Position numbers and translations under genes: made by a program
Shown: piece after piece, positions 8,773 through 18,011 of the stretch
Position numbering within the stretch: the stretch's first letter is position 1
How the letters are laid out: each line of letters opens with the position of its first letter
Notes under the pieces: model-generated
Told to the model about the DNA's origin: nothing
Databases searched by the model: none
Seen by the model: only the letters and a program-made list of their open reading frames with translations
DNA from: an uncultured Bacilli bacterium
GTDB taxonomy: Bacteria > Bacillota_I > Bacilli_A > RF39 > UBA660
Length of the DNA: 64,000 nt
Direction of reading: 5' to 3'
Assembly: GCA_947589105.1 (NCBI GenBank)
Contig: CANQBL010000004.1
Location: 898-64,897 of the forward strand

Positions 8773-9380
8773 TGAGTAAAATTTATGAAATTGATAGGTC
8801 TTTATATAAAAAAATAGAAATGTATCCTACTAATGATAAATTTATTTTCACTACAAAAGGTAAACAATCTGTTATAGCTGTTGATAATTCAAACGGTCAA
8901 TTTTTTGTTGAAGACTTTTCTAATAAAACAAAAGCACTTATTTATCTTGTAAATGATAGTTTTTTACCTAACGATGTTGAAAAGGAATATAAAGAAAATA
9001 AAACAAAGTATAAAAATTATAAAAAAATTGTCTCCTCTCAAAATGATTATTTTATAGATCGTGATTTGTACGATCGAGATTTTTTAGACTTTGACAATAA
9101 TAAAAAATATAGGTTTGATATTGACATCGGATATGGTAGAAAAAGTTTTAAATCTACAATTAAAGACGCTTTATCTTTGGCAAGCAATTATGAAAGTGAT
9201 CTTGTTTTTAATGATAGGTTAATCTATTCCCCTCTTGGTTTTGAGTGGGAATATAATAAAAATTTAGTTAAAAGATATTTAGGAAAAAACTTTTTTGATA
9301 ATAATAAACATCTTCCTTATGTATTTAAAGATGATGATTGTATTGAGTGGTTGAATAAAAATAAAGAAATAAAAATTTAA
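8772..9380 (+). CDS. Hypothetical protein
   Basis: 202-aa ORF, start-stop coupled to the previous gene. Confidence 0.6.
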   Translation: MSKIYEIDRSLYKKIEMYPTNDKFIFTTKGKQSVIAVDNSNGQFFVEDFSNKTKALIYLVNDSFLPNDVEKEYKENKTKYKNYKKIVSSQNDYFIDRDLYDRDFLDFDNNKKYRFDIDIGYGRKSFKSTIKDALSLASNYESDLVFNDRLIYSPLGFEWEYNKNLVKRYLGKNFFDNNKHLPYVFKDDDCIEWLNKNKEIKI

Positions 9381-9392
9381 GGGGGTTATAAT

Positions 9393-10295
9393 TTGAATAT
9401 AGAATTAGACAAAGACTTAATTAGTCGATGTAATAATCAAAGTATGTTTAATCGTGGCGATCATATACAAGAAGACGCCAATCATGAATATACACAATTT
9501 TTAGAAAGATACAAAGATAGAGAGTTAAATAGTTCTCAACTTGAAATCTTAAATAAAAGAAAAGAACAGTTTAAAGAATTAGTAACATCTACTTATAATC
9601 ACTATTTAGAAACTAATACGAATTTTGTCCCTGTTACAGTTGCTGGTCCAGCGAATTATCCTAGCAATAAAATGAATAAAGTTATGGATCGTATGGATAA
9701 AATTATGAGTGAAACAAATGAGAAAATTCAAAAGTTTTATAAAAATACTGATGATATGTTAAAAAATGCTTATACCAAAGATGAAATTATAAGTAAATAT
9801 AGATCTGGATATAATGAGCCAATCAGTTCTGATGATCCTCTTGCAAAAGAAAAGTTAGAGGCAAAGTTAGAATATTTAAAAGAAAAACACAATTCATATA
9901 AAGAATTTAATAAGAGAGCTAGACAAAGTGGTACGGATCAGTTACCACCTTATGTATTAGCAAATTCTAATCAAAATATAAAGTCTGTTGAAGATCGTTT
10001 AAAAACTTTGGATAAAATGAGTAAGATTGAATCAGGCGGTTACTATTTTGATAATGGCGAAGTAAGATTTGATAAAGAGGATATGAGAGTTAAAATATTT
10101 TTTGATTCCATTCCAAATGAAGAAACAAGAAAAGAATTAAAAAGTCATGCTTTTAAATGGTCTCCTAAAAATCAAGCATGGCAAAGAAAACTTACTAACG
10201 ACGCAATTTATATGACTAAAAGAATGTTTAAAGATATTGGAAGTTTAGAAATAAGAAAAGTTGCTGATTATACAGATAAATCTATGACTATGTAA
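9393..10295 (+). CDS. DUF3560-domain conjugative-element protein
   Basis: ISSDDPLAKEKLE..., YVLANSNQNIKSVEDRL and RVKIFFDSIPNEETRKELKSHAFKWSPKNQAWQRKLT match the DUF3560 hallmarks. Confidence 0.75.
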   Translation: MNIELDKDLISRCNNQSMFNRGDHIQEDANHEYTQFLERYKDRELNSSQLEILNKRKEQFKELVTSTYNHYLETNTNFVPVTVAGPANYPSNKMNKVMDRMDKIMSETNEKIQKFYKNTDDMLKNAYTKDEIISKYRSGYNEPISSDDPLAKEKLEAKLEYLKEKHNSYKEFNKRARQSGTDQLPPYVLANSNQNIKSVEDRLKTLDKMSKIESGGYYFDNGEVRFDKEDMRVKIFFDSIPNEETRKELKSHAFKWSPKNQAWQRKLTNDAIYMTKRMFKDIGSLEIRKVADYTDKSMTM

Positions 10296-10304
10296 TATTA
10301 TTCT

Positions 10305-11744
10305 GTGATACAAATATTAGCGGTACAACACGAGGCGGCTGGTTGGATTTCTGACGCGATCCGTTCAATATTTTGGTTACTTGCAAAAGGTGTCTTAATA
10401 TTACTTGACGGAATGTGGTTAATAATAGATGATATTTGGCGTTTTAAATTTTTTGATAATCCTTATGTAAATAAAATTTATAGTGCTGCAATTATTGTCG
10501 CGTGTACTTGGTTAATACTAAAAGTCCTCATAGAAATTGTTATGAGATATTTTGTTAATCAAGATGACAATTCTTCCCCTACAAGAGTATTTAAAGGCAT
10601 TATCTTTGCTATTGTAATGATGTTTTTAATACCACCTGTTTTTAATTGGGGTTATGATTTATCTTCTAATATGACACAATATGTTATATCTGCGTCTTCA
10701 TCGGCTGAAACAAGTCCTACATCATTTGAAGCAAGTATGTCCTCGATGATCTTAACTGCTTTTGCTGATGATACCAAAATGGACGAATCTGATAAAAAAT
10801 ATTTTATTGAAAACTGGTTTACGGCCGATTATAATGCGGTTATGAATGACGGTCTTCTGGATAGTGGCGAATATAAATATAGTTTTAATACATTCTATAT
10901 CTTTCTGGTTGGTCTGGTCGTTGTCGTGTTGTTATTCTTTATTGGAATACAAGTTGCAAAACGTGTTATAGAATTAGCTCTGTATAAGTCCATAGCACCT
11001 TTTGTTTGCACATCTTTGATTTCTAATCGTTCCCGTACTTTCGAGGTATGGGCAAAAGGTGTTATGGGTACTTTTTTAGTAACTACGGTACAATATCTTT
11101 GTATAGGAATTTTATTTAATGTTTTTGGATCGGTAGTTAAAGGAACATCTTATACGATGTCGGTTATTTTAATTGTTATTGGGGCTTTACTATTTATCAT
11201 TTCTTCCCCTCAATTAGTATCTGCACTGCTTAATGCAAATACAGGTGCTATGTCTGGTGCTAGTGAATTACATAGTATGGTTGCACTAGGTACAAGTATG
11301 GTTGCTATGTCGAAATATGGTAAAACCGAAGATAACTCTACTAACAATAATACAAGTAGTGATAACTCTACTTCAAATAATGATACATCATCAAGTGGTG
11401 GTGGCGATCCTAATATGACATCAAATAATTCTTCTAATTTAGAATCGTCTAGTCAAAGTAATAGTTCAAGTGATAACAATAATAACAGTAGTAATACTGA
11501 TAATTCTTCTTCTGGATCAGATAATGGTTATTCGCCAGAAGATATATCTTCTAGTGATGTAAGTTTTGGTAATGATAGTTTTAGTACAACTAATACCACT
11601 TCACTAGCTGATAGAATAGAAACTTATAAAGATATGACAGACGGTAATTATTCTTTAAATAAGGACATTTCAAGTCCTATATACAAAACTAATGTAGATT
11701 GGGGGAATATAAATGTATCTGATACCAAAGAACATCAAAGTTAA
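10305..11744 (+). CDS. Polytopic membrane protein, VirB6/TrbL/TcpH-like T4SS channel component
   Basis: At least 6 predicted TM helices, a long S/N-rich C-terminal tail, and a position immediately upstream of the VirB3/VirB4 genes. Confidence 0.6.
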   Translation: MIQILAVQHEAAGWISDAIRSIFWLLAKGVLILLDGMWLIIDDIWRFKFFDNPYVNKIYSAAIIVACTWLILKVLIEIVMRYFVNQDDNSSPTRVFKGIIFAIVMMFLIPPVFNWGYDLSSNMTQYVISASSSAETSPTSFEASMSSMILTAFADDTKMDESDKKYFIENWFTADYNAVMNDGLLDSGEYKYSFNTFYIFLVGLVVVVLLFFIGIQVAKRVIELALYKSIAPFVCTSLISNRSRTFEVWAKGVMGTFLVTTVQYLCIGILFNVFGSVVKGTSYTMSVILIVIGALLFIISSPQLVSALLNANTGAMSGASELHSMVALGTSMVAMSKYGKTEDNSTNNNTSSDNSTSNNDTSSSGGGDPNMTSNNSSNLESSSQSNSSSDNNNNSSNTDNSSSGSDNGYSPEDISSSDVSFGNDSFSTTNTTSLADRIETYKDMTDGNYSLNKDISSPIYKTNVDWGNINVSDTKEHQS

Positions 11745-11991
11745 AAGAGAGATTTTTAGAGGTTATGGAATTAAAGAAGTTTTACTTTTAGGTCTTTCTT
11801 TACTTTTAGGTTTTATTTTAGCCAAATTTTTTGGAAAAGGTCTTATTAAGATATTTTTCTTTTGTTTCTTTCCAATACTAACATTTTTAATTACTTTGCC
11901 TATGCCTAGTGGAAATGGTAATATACTAGGTATTTTAATTAAAATGGTAAAATTCAGAACAAGCCAAAAAAAATATAAAAGATATAGTTGA
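11713..11991 (+). CDS. PrgI-family (VirB3-like) small membrane protein
   Basis: The MYLIPKNIKVKREIFRGYGIKEVLLLGLSLLLG pattern and size are typical of PrgI/Tn916-Orf17-type proteins preceding VirB4. Confidence 0.6.
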   Translation: MYLIPKNIKVKREIFRGYGIKEVLLLGLSLLLGFILAKFFGKGLIKIFFFCFFPILTFLITLPMPSGNGNILGILIKMVKFRTSQKKYKRYS

Positions 11992-12111
11992 CTTTATTCG
12001 ACATTTTTAGTAAAATTAAGAAGTCAAGAGGAATAGCAATGAAGTATCCTTTTGTCGAAGTAAAGATGTATCCAATCTTAATGCTATATAAAGATTGTTT
12101 TTTTATTTTAT

Positions 12112-12144
12112 GGATCGGTGTGTTGTATTACCGATCCTTTTTTT
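12112..12144 (+). terminator. Intrinsic terminator inside the transfer operon
   Basis: GGATCGGT-N10-ACCGATCC 8-bp stem followed by T7. Confidence 0.6.
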
Positions 12145-12169
12145 ATGAAATTTAAGGGGGTTAGATATT

Positions 12170-12442
12170 ATGAATAAAACAAATGATGAAGTTTATATTA
12201 CATTATTAAAAGCAAAAGAAAAAATTGCTGAATATACTAAAAATAAAGTCAAAAATAAAGATTGGCAACCTTATTACAATGGTATTGTAGAAAGTATTGA
12301 CGATATTATCGTCGATTATGCTATTACTACCAAAATGTCAGCCGAAGAAATTAAAGATTGTTTGTTAGAAGTTGGAGCTGATAACAAAGATAGTATTTAT
12401 TATGATACCTACAATTCAATAAAAATGGATTGGGGGTTATAA
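12170..12442 (+). CDS. Hypothetical protein
   Basis: 90-aa ORF behind an AAGGGGG RBS. Confidence 0.6.
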   Translation: MNKTNDEVYITLLKAKEKIAEYTKNKVKNKDWQPYYNGIVESIDDIIVDYAITTKMSAEEIKDCLLEVGADNKDSIYYDTYNSIKMDWGL

Positions 12443-12443
12443 T

Positions 12444-13796
12444 TTGAAAAATAAGAATAAAAAGGAAAAGACTAAAAAAGTTGATAAGTCCATTTTAGAA
12501 TGGTTACCTTTTAAAGAAGTTTGGAACGATCTATTATTTTTGGATAATGATAAAGTTGTAGGCATTATAAAAGTAAATAGTATCAATTTACAACTTTATT
12601 CAAATGATGAACAGACATCTAAAATATTTCAATTTAGAAAAGTATTATTAAGTTTAGAATATCCTTTTAAAATACTAGCACTAGATAAACCTGTTAGTCT
12701 TACGGATCATATAGAAAACTTATTATACTTATCAAAAAATACTGATGATGAGATTAAAAGACAACTTTTAGATCAAGACATTAGTTATGCTGAAATGATT
12801 ATGAATAAGAACATAGTAAATAATCGTGAATTTTATTTACTTATAGATGAAGATAAAGACAATGTTAAATTGTTGAAATCAAAATTAAATGATATTATCT
12901 CTCAACTTTCTAATATAGGTCTAGCTTCAGAACAAGCTAAAACTGATGATATTAAAGAACTATTATTTACTTTCTTAAACCCAAATGAATCACTAGAAAT
13001 TTTTAAACAAGATTCAAGTCTTAAATCATTAAAAGAAAAAATTGCACCTATTGCGATGAAGTTTAATGAAAAAGATATTTTAATGGGCGATTGTTATGCA
13101 ACTAGCATGATAATTGATACTTTCCCCTCTTATGCTAGGGGTAGCTGGTTAGGTATGTTATCTAACATCAAAAATACACGTATGATTATTTCTGTAACAC
13201 CTATGGATAATGTAGAGGTTGCTAAAACATTAAAAAAAGGTATGTCAGAAACTCGAAGTAAGTATATCAATACAAATGATAGGAACGATCAAATTGTTCT
13301 TAAAAATCAATTAGACGACTACGAGAAACTTACTAACAAAATGGATCGTGAAAATGAAAAAATGCTACTGATGTCAGTAGTGTTTTTTACTTATGCTGAA
13401 ACAAGAGAAGAACTACAAAAAAGAGTTAAAGAAATTAAATCTGCATTAAGTAGTTTAAATTTAAGAGGATCACAACTTGTTTTTGAACAAGAACAAGGTC
13501 TTAAAACATCACTTCCTACATTAGATATGCCTTTACAAAATTCTTTTGGTCTTCCTATGCCTACCACGACAGTAGCTGCTTCTTTCCCTTTCGTTTTTGA
13601 ATCTATACAAGATGACGGTAATTCTATTATTTTGGGCGATGACATCAACGGTGGTCTTACAATGTTTGATTTATGGAAAAGAACAAATAAAAGGACAAAC
13701 TCTAATATGTGTATTATAGGTAAAAGTGGTAGTGGTAAATCAACTCTCATAAAGAAGTTAATACGTGGTAACTTTGCTCGTGGGGGTGCTAGATAA
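12444..13796 (+). CDS. VirB4-type conjugation ATPase, N-terminal part including Walker A
   Basis: TcpF/Orf16-like N-domain. GKSGSGKST Walker A lies 20 codons before the stop. Confidence 0.8.
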   Translation: MKNKNKKEKTKKVDKSILEWLPFKEVWNDLLFLDNDKVVGIIKVNSINLQLYSNDEQTSKIFQFRKVLLSLEYPFKILALDKPVSLTDHIENLLYLSKNTDDEIKRQLLDQDISYAEMIMNKNIVNNREFYLLIDEDKDNVKLLKSKLNDIISQLSNIGLASEQAKTDDIKELLFTFLNPNESLEIFKQDSSLKSLKEKIAPIAMKFNEKDILMGDCYATSMIIDTFPSYARGSWLGMLSNIKNTRMIISVTPMDNVEVAKTLKKGMSETRSKYINTNDRNDQIVLKNQLDDYEKLTNKMDRENEKMLLMSVVFFTYAETREELQKRVKEIKSALSSLNLRGSQLVFEQEQGLKTSLPTLDMPLQNSFGLPMPTTTVAASFPFVFESIQDDGNSIILGDDINGGLTMFDLWKRTNKRTNSNMCIIGKSGSGKSTLIKKLIRGNFARGGAR

Positions 13797-14809
13797 TGAC
13801 AAGAATTTTAATCATTGATCCGGAACGTGAGTACAAAGACTTATGTTTATCTTTGGGTGGTAAATGGATCGACGCTGGTGGTGGATCTGGTTGTATTATC
13901 AACCCATTAGAAATTAAAGATTCAACATCTGATGAAGATAATAATACTGCGGTTGTTCGACATCTTCAAACTTTTAGAACATTTATTAAATACTATTTTA
14001 AAGATTTGACAGAACTAGAACTTACAAAGATTGAAGAACTTTTACTTTCTACTTATAAGAAAAAAGGTATTGATTTAGATACTGATATTAGCAAACTTAC
14101 ATCGAAAGATTATCCTATTATAAGTGATTTTCATAATGAAATTGTGGCCGAATTAGAACGTGTTAAAAATGATAAACGTGTTAATGATGACAATGTTAAG
14201 TCATTAGAAAAAATTGAGGCCATTGTTCGTCGTATGGCGACTGGTGTTGATAGTAAATTATGGAATAATCACAGTAATATAGATTTGAATTCTGATTTAA
14301 TTGTATTTGATATTCATAGTTTACTAGAAAGTGATGATACAATTTTAAGAACACAATTTTTTAATATCTTATCTTTATGTTGGCATATCATAAGTCAGAA
14401 TCGCGAGGATCAGAAAATTTTAATTGTAGATGAAGCTCATCTTTTAATTGATCCAGAGAATAAAGACGGTTTAGAGTTTTTGAAAAAAACAAGTAAAAGA
14501 ATAAGAAAATATAACGGTAGTCTTATCGTTTGTACTCAAAATATGATTGACTTTACTTCCCCAGAAGTTGTTAGATACGGTCAAGTAATTGTAGATAATT
14601 CTGATTATCAATTTGTTATGGCACAAGGTAGCGAAGAAATTATTTCATTACAAAAGGTCTTGCGATTAAGTGAAAATGAAAGAAGATTTTTGCAAACCGC
14701 TGGAAAAGGACAAGCTCTATTTGTCATATCGCACGATAAAAGAATTCCTATTTTTGTTCATCTTCGCCCAGAAGAAAAAGAACTTTTTGGTAAAGGTGGT
14801 GGCCGTTAA
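13796..14809 (+). CDS. VirB4-type conjugation ATPase, C-terminal part including Walker B
   Basis: RILIIDPEREY and ILIVDEAHLL (Walker B). The start ATG overlaps the upstream stop as TAATG. Confidence 0.8.
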   Translation: MTRILIIDPEREYKDLCLSLGGKWIDAGGGSGCIINPLEIKDSTSDEDNNTAVVRHLQTFRTFIKYYFKDLTELELTKIEELLLSTYKKKGIDLDTDISKLTSKDYPIISDFHNEIVAELERVKNDKRVNDDNVKSLEKIEAIVRRMATGVDSKLWNNHSNIDLNSDLIVFDIHSLLESDDTILRTQFFNILSLCWHIISQNREDQKILIVDEAHLLIDPENKDGLEFLKKTSKRIRKYNGSLIVCTQNMIDFTSPEVVRYGQVIVDNSDYQFVMAQGSEEIISLQKVLRLSENERRFLQTAGKGQALFVISHDKRIPIFVHLRPEEKELFGKGGGR

Positions 14810-14829
14810 TTAAAAATGCTATTGGCGGT

Positions 14830-15489
14830 ATGATGAAAGCAAAACTCTTAATTGCAATTCTTCCGTTCGCTGGCATAATACTTCTTATTTTGATAATACT
14901 TACAATTATTGCTTCACTATTTGGAAGTGATACAGCTTTTTATCAATCATATTTTGTTTTACCTTTTGATACAAATACTTATACAATTACATCACCTTAC
15001 GGGGAAAGAATAGATCCTATTAACAATGAAAAGTCTTTTCATTCCGGTATTGATGTTGTACCAACAAGTAGTAATATTGTTGCTATTGCTGACGGTACAG
15101 TTGTTGTTAGTGAAGTACAAGAATCAGGGGGCGAAAGTGTAATCATAGAACATAAACTTGGCGGTCAAGTTTATAGATCTGGTTATCATCACATGAAAGA
15201 AAATTCAAGAACGGTTAAAGTTGGCGATGTTGTTAAGCAAGGACAACAAATCGGAATTATGGGTGCTACTGGACGAGTTACTGGTCCACATTTACATTTT
15301 TCATTACAAAAATTTAATGCTAGTAGTCAAAAGTTTGAATACACCGATCCTAGTATTGTTATTAACAATAATATTAGTGCAAAGGAATACAACTTATATG
15401 ATTATGATAACAATAAGCCATTTGATAATGATAAATTACACCCAGAATTGAGAGATCCTTACTACACACCACCAACACTTAAACCTTAA
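14830..15489 (+). CDS. Membrane-anchored M23 family peptidoglycan metallopeptidase
   Basis: N-terminal TM; HSGIDV and GPHLHFS motifs (HxxxD, HxH). Confidence 0.85.
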   Translation: MMKAKLLIAILPFAGIILLILIILTIIASLFGSDTAFYQSYFVLPFDTNTYTITSPYGERIDPINNEKSFHSGIDVVPTSSNIVAIADGTVVVSEVQESGGESVIIEHKLGGQVYRSGYHHMKENSRTVKVGDVVKQGQQIGIMGATGRVTGPHLHFSLQKFNASSQKFEYTDPSIVINNNISAKEYNLYDYDNNKPFDNDKLHPELRDPYYTPPTLKP

Positions 15490-15800
15490 TTTTATAGGCC
15501 TTAATTTAGGCCGAAGATATATTTTATATAAACGACTTTCTAGGGCGAGTTTTTAGAAAAAATAATTTAAAAAAGTGTGTACGATTGTTACACACCCCTT
15601 TATTTATAAAGGTTTTAAAGTAAACGATTGTATAACATTTTAGATAAATGTAAACACTTGTGTTTTTTCTAAACCCTTATGAAATAAGGGAAAACTCGCC
15701 ACTGGCGAGTTGTTTGTAAACAGGATTTATCCTGCTTTAAAAGTGTTGCTAAAATATTAGTTAATTTTATTTTTTTATGGCCGAAGTTTTGGCCTAACAT
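15490..15800 (+). other. Candidate oriT region
   Basis: Non-coding stretch upstream of the RHH/MobC/relaxase genes. It holds hairpins at 15575-15595, 15674-15690, 15694-15710 and 15721-15734. An IncP-type TATCCTG/C motif lies at 15728-15735. GGCCGAAG repeats at 15509 and 15779 flank the region. Confidence 0.45.
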
Positions 15801-15828
15801 TTAATCATTAAAGAAAGGAATTTGTTTT

Positions 15829-15954
15829 ATGAAATTATTTTTAATTATATTGATTGTTAATATTATTTTGTTTTCATTGTTGTTTATTTATTGTGCTTGT
15901 AAAGTCGCAAGTAATGCTGATGAAATTATAGAAAAAATGAATAAAAGAAAATAG
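15829..15954 (+). CDS. Small hydrophobic peptide (41 aa), not in ORF track
   Basis: Own translation gives MKLFLIILIVNIILFSLLFIYCACKVASNADEIIEKMNKRK, preceded by an AAGAAAGGAA RBS. Confidence 0.3.
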   Translation: MKLFLIILIVNIILFSLLFIYCACKVASNADEIIEKMNKRK

Positions 15955-15977
15955 AAAGATTTAAGGGGGTTGTTATA

Positions 15978-16157
15978 ATGAATGATAAAAAAAGTGTCTA
16001 TCTAAAAGTTCAAGTAGATAATAAAACAGAAATAGCTTTTAGAAAAATTTTAGAAATTAAAGGTCTTACTATTCAAGGTGTATTAGAAGAAATGTTAAAA
16101 AATTATATCTTTGAAAACCTTGATTGTATTATAAATAATAATCATGGATCAAAATAA
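15978..16157 (+). CDS. Ribbon-helix-helix protein (59 aa), probable relaxosome accessory factor, not in ORF track
   Basis: Own translation gives MNDKKSVYLKVQVDNKTEIAFRKILEIKGLTIQGVLEEMLKNYIF... behind an AAGGGGG RBS. It overlaps the next gene start. Confidence 0.5.
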   Translation: MNDKKSVYLKVQVDNKTEIAFRKILEIKGLTIQGVLEEMLKNYIFENLDCIINNNHGSK

Positions 16158-16575
16158 AAATGCTAATATAATAGCTTTTAGATTAGATCCACACAAGAAA
16201 AAATTATTACAAGATCAAGCCGATAAAAACAATATGAAAATTAGTGAATATTGTAAAAATGTTTTGTTGGATAATTTAGATCAGACTATGTTACTTGATA
16301 GTCAAAAAAAATTAAGAGAGTTAATTATTGAAACAGTTAAAGACGCAAACGAAAAACAATTTTATAAAATTCTTACTATGATAAATAAAAATAATATTGG
16401 AATAGAAACTATAATTCTTCAAAATGATATGACTTATAAATATTTTGATATTCCTCAAACTAGGGCCGAATTAAATACCCATTTAGTTAATCACCCTATT
16501 ACAGAGGTAGCACGTGAACAGGTACTTAAAAATATTCGTGAATTAAGAAATAAGAAAGATGAATTAGATGAGTAA
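16144..16575 (+). CDS. MobC-like relaxosome accessory protein
   Basis: NIIAFRLDPHKKKLLQDQADKNNMKISEYCKNVLL is an RHH/MobC-type motif. The gene overlaps the relaxase start. Confidence 0.6.
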   Translation: MDQNKNANIIAFRLDPHKKKLLQDQADKNNMKISEYCKNVLLDNLDQTMLLDSQKKLRELIIETVKDANEKQFYKILTMINKNNIGIETIILQNDMTYKYFDIPQTRAELNTHLVNHPITEVAREQVLKNIRELRNKKDELDE

Positions 16576-17998
16576 AAGCAATATTATTGTAAGAGTTAGA
16601 TATAAAAAAGATGTTAATTTTCAAAAGCTAGTTAGTGGTTGGTGTAACTATGTTTCAAAAGACGGTGCTGACGGTAAGTCTTTAAGAGATTTGTCTTCTG
16701 TCAATGATCTTTACGAGAAAGAATTAGGAATATTTGACGACACACAAGAATTTGAAGAACATTATATTTGGTCTAAAAATGGCGATATAGATAAGAAAGA
16801 TATTATTAAAAATTTGCCAAATGATAAGGCCGGTAAAATGTGGAATTTAGTTATTTCCTTTCCCCCAGATTTTGCTGATGAATCTGGACTAAAAACAAAA
16901 CAAGATTATTATATGATGACAAAAGCTATTATTCCGAAATTCATTTTAGATAATGATTTAGATCTTACTAACACAATGTGGTATGCTTCTTTACATAAAG
17001 ATACTGATAACCCACATTTGCATATATCTATTTTTGAAAAAGAACAAACTCGTAAAAAAGATACATTAGAAAAAACATCTGTTAAATATTTAAAAAGTAA
17101 TATAGCTTCTTATTTAATTGATAATACTTCTTTTTATAAAGATCAAGATTATCTTTTATTAGGTTTAGATAACAAAATTAGAAAAAGTAATTTTACTAAA
17201 ATGAATAAAGAATTATTTTTTAGTGATCGTTTTAGAAAAAGTTTGAATAAAGATTTACTTAACTTATATAGTAAACTACCAAAACGTGGCCGTCTTCAAT
17301 ATAATTCTAAAAATTTAGACTATTGTAGAAAAGATATTGATAAGATTATAGAAAAAATTTTATATCATGATACCATTAAATATGATTTTGAGAAATATTA
17401 TCATTCGTTGGAATCAATAGAACGAGAACAAAAAAAGATGTATGGTAATTCAAATAATAATAAATATATAGAAAATAAAATGAAAAGACTATACTCTAAA
17501 ATTGGAAATGATATTTTATATAATTTTAAAGTTTATAATTCAAAAGATTTTTTAGTTAATCAAAAAGAATTTTTAGAAATAAATATTATGAATATGGACT
17601 TTGTTAGTAGAAATATAAAAAAGAAATCTACTATTATTAAACACGCAACAGAATTATATAGATTAGGAAAACTTGCTTCCCTTTCTGAAAGTGATATGAA
17701 AAAATTATTAAGTAAATGGTTAAAGAAATCTAATATAAGTTATGATGTTGATTTACTATATAGTGCTGTTTCTAATTCTCGTGAAGACATAAATGCTACT
17801 GACTTTTATAAAGCTCTTTCTCATCTTGGTTATACAAAAGAAAGATACGATCGTTATAAAAACAAATCATTTTATAAAAATTTAAGATTTAAACAATTTA
17901 TTAAAAAAGCAAATCATTATTTAATGATTGAAAATAAAAAAGAAGAAGAATTTTTACTTGAAATTTTAGAAAAAGAATTACAAGGTAAAGATTTATAA
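16568..17998 (+). CDS. Conjugative relaxase (MOBP/MOBQ-like His-triad)
   Basis: SLHKDTDNPHLHISIF resembles the HxDxDNxHxH motif III of RP4 TraI-type relaxases. Confidence 0.8.
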   Translation: MSKSNIIVRVRYKKDVNFQKLVSGWCNYVSKDGADGKSLRDLSSVNDLYEKELGIFDDTQEFEEHYIWSKNGDIDKKDIIKNLPNDKAGKMWNLVISFPPDFADESGLKTKQDYYMMTKAIIPKFILDNDLDLTNTMWYASLHKDTDNPHLHISIFEKEQTRKKDTLEKTSVKYLKSNIASYLIDNTSFYKDQDYLLLGLDNKIRKSNFTKMNKELFFSDRFRKSLNKDLLNLYSKLPKRGRLQYNSKNLDYCRKDIDKIIEKILYHDTIKYDFEKYYHSLESIEREQKKMYGNSNNNKYIENKMKRLYSKIGNDILYNFKVYNSKDFLVNQKEFLEINIMNMDFVSRNIKKKSTIIKHATELYRLGKLASLSESDMKKLLSKWLKKSNISYDVDLLYSAVSNSREDINATDFYKALSHLGYTKERYDRYKNKSFYKNLRFKQFIKKANHYLMIENKKEEEFLLEILEKELQGKDL

Positions 17999-18011
17999 GG
18001 GGGTTATAACT

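Noticed and set aside
11320-11560. S/N-rich stretch in the VirB6-like gene, considered as a possible tandem DNA repeat or contingency locus
   Set aside because: It is compositionally biased (AAT/AGT/TCT codons), but I could not find a periodic repeating unit. I treat it as a low-complexity linker.
13790-13798. Programmed -1 frameshift joining the two VirB4 ORFs
   Set aside because: The downstream frame has a TAG at 13790-13792, leaving only one codon for a slip. There is no slippery heptamer and no downstream structure. The TAATG overlap is better explained by coupling or a simple indel.
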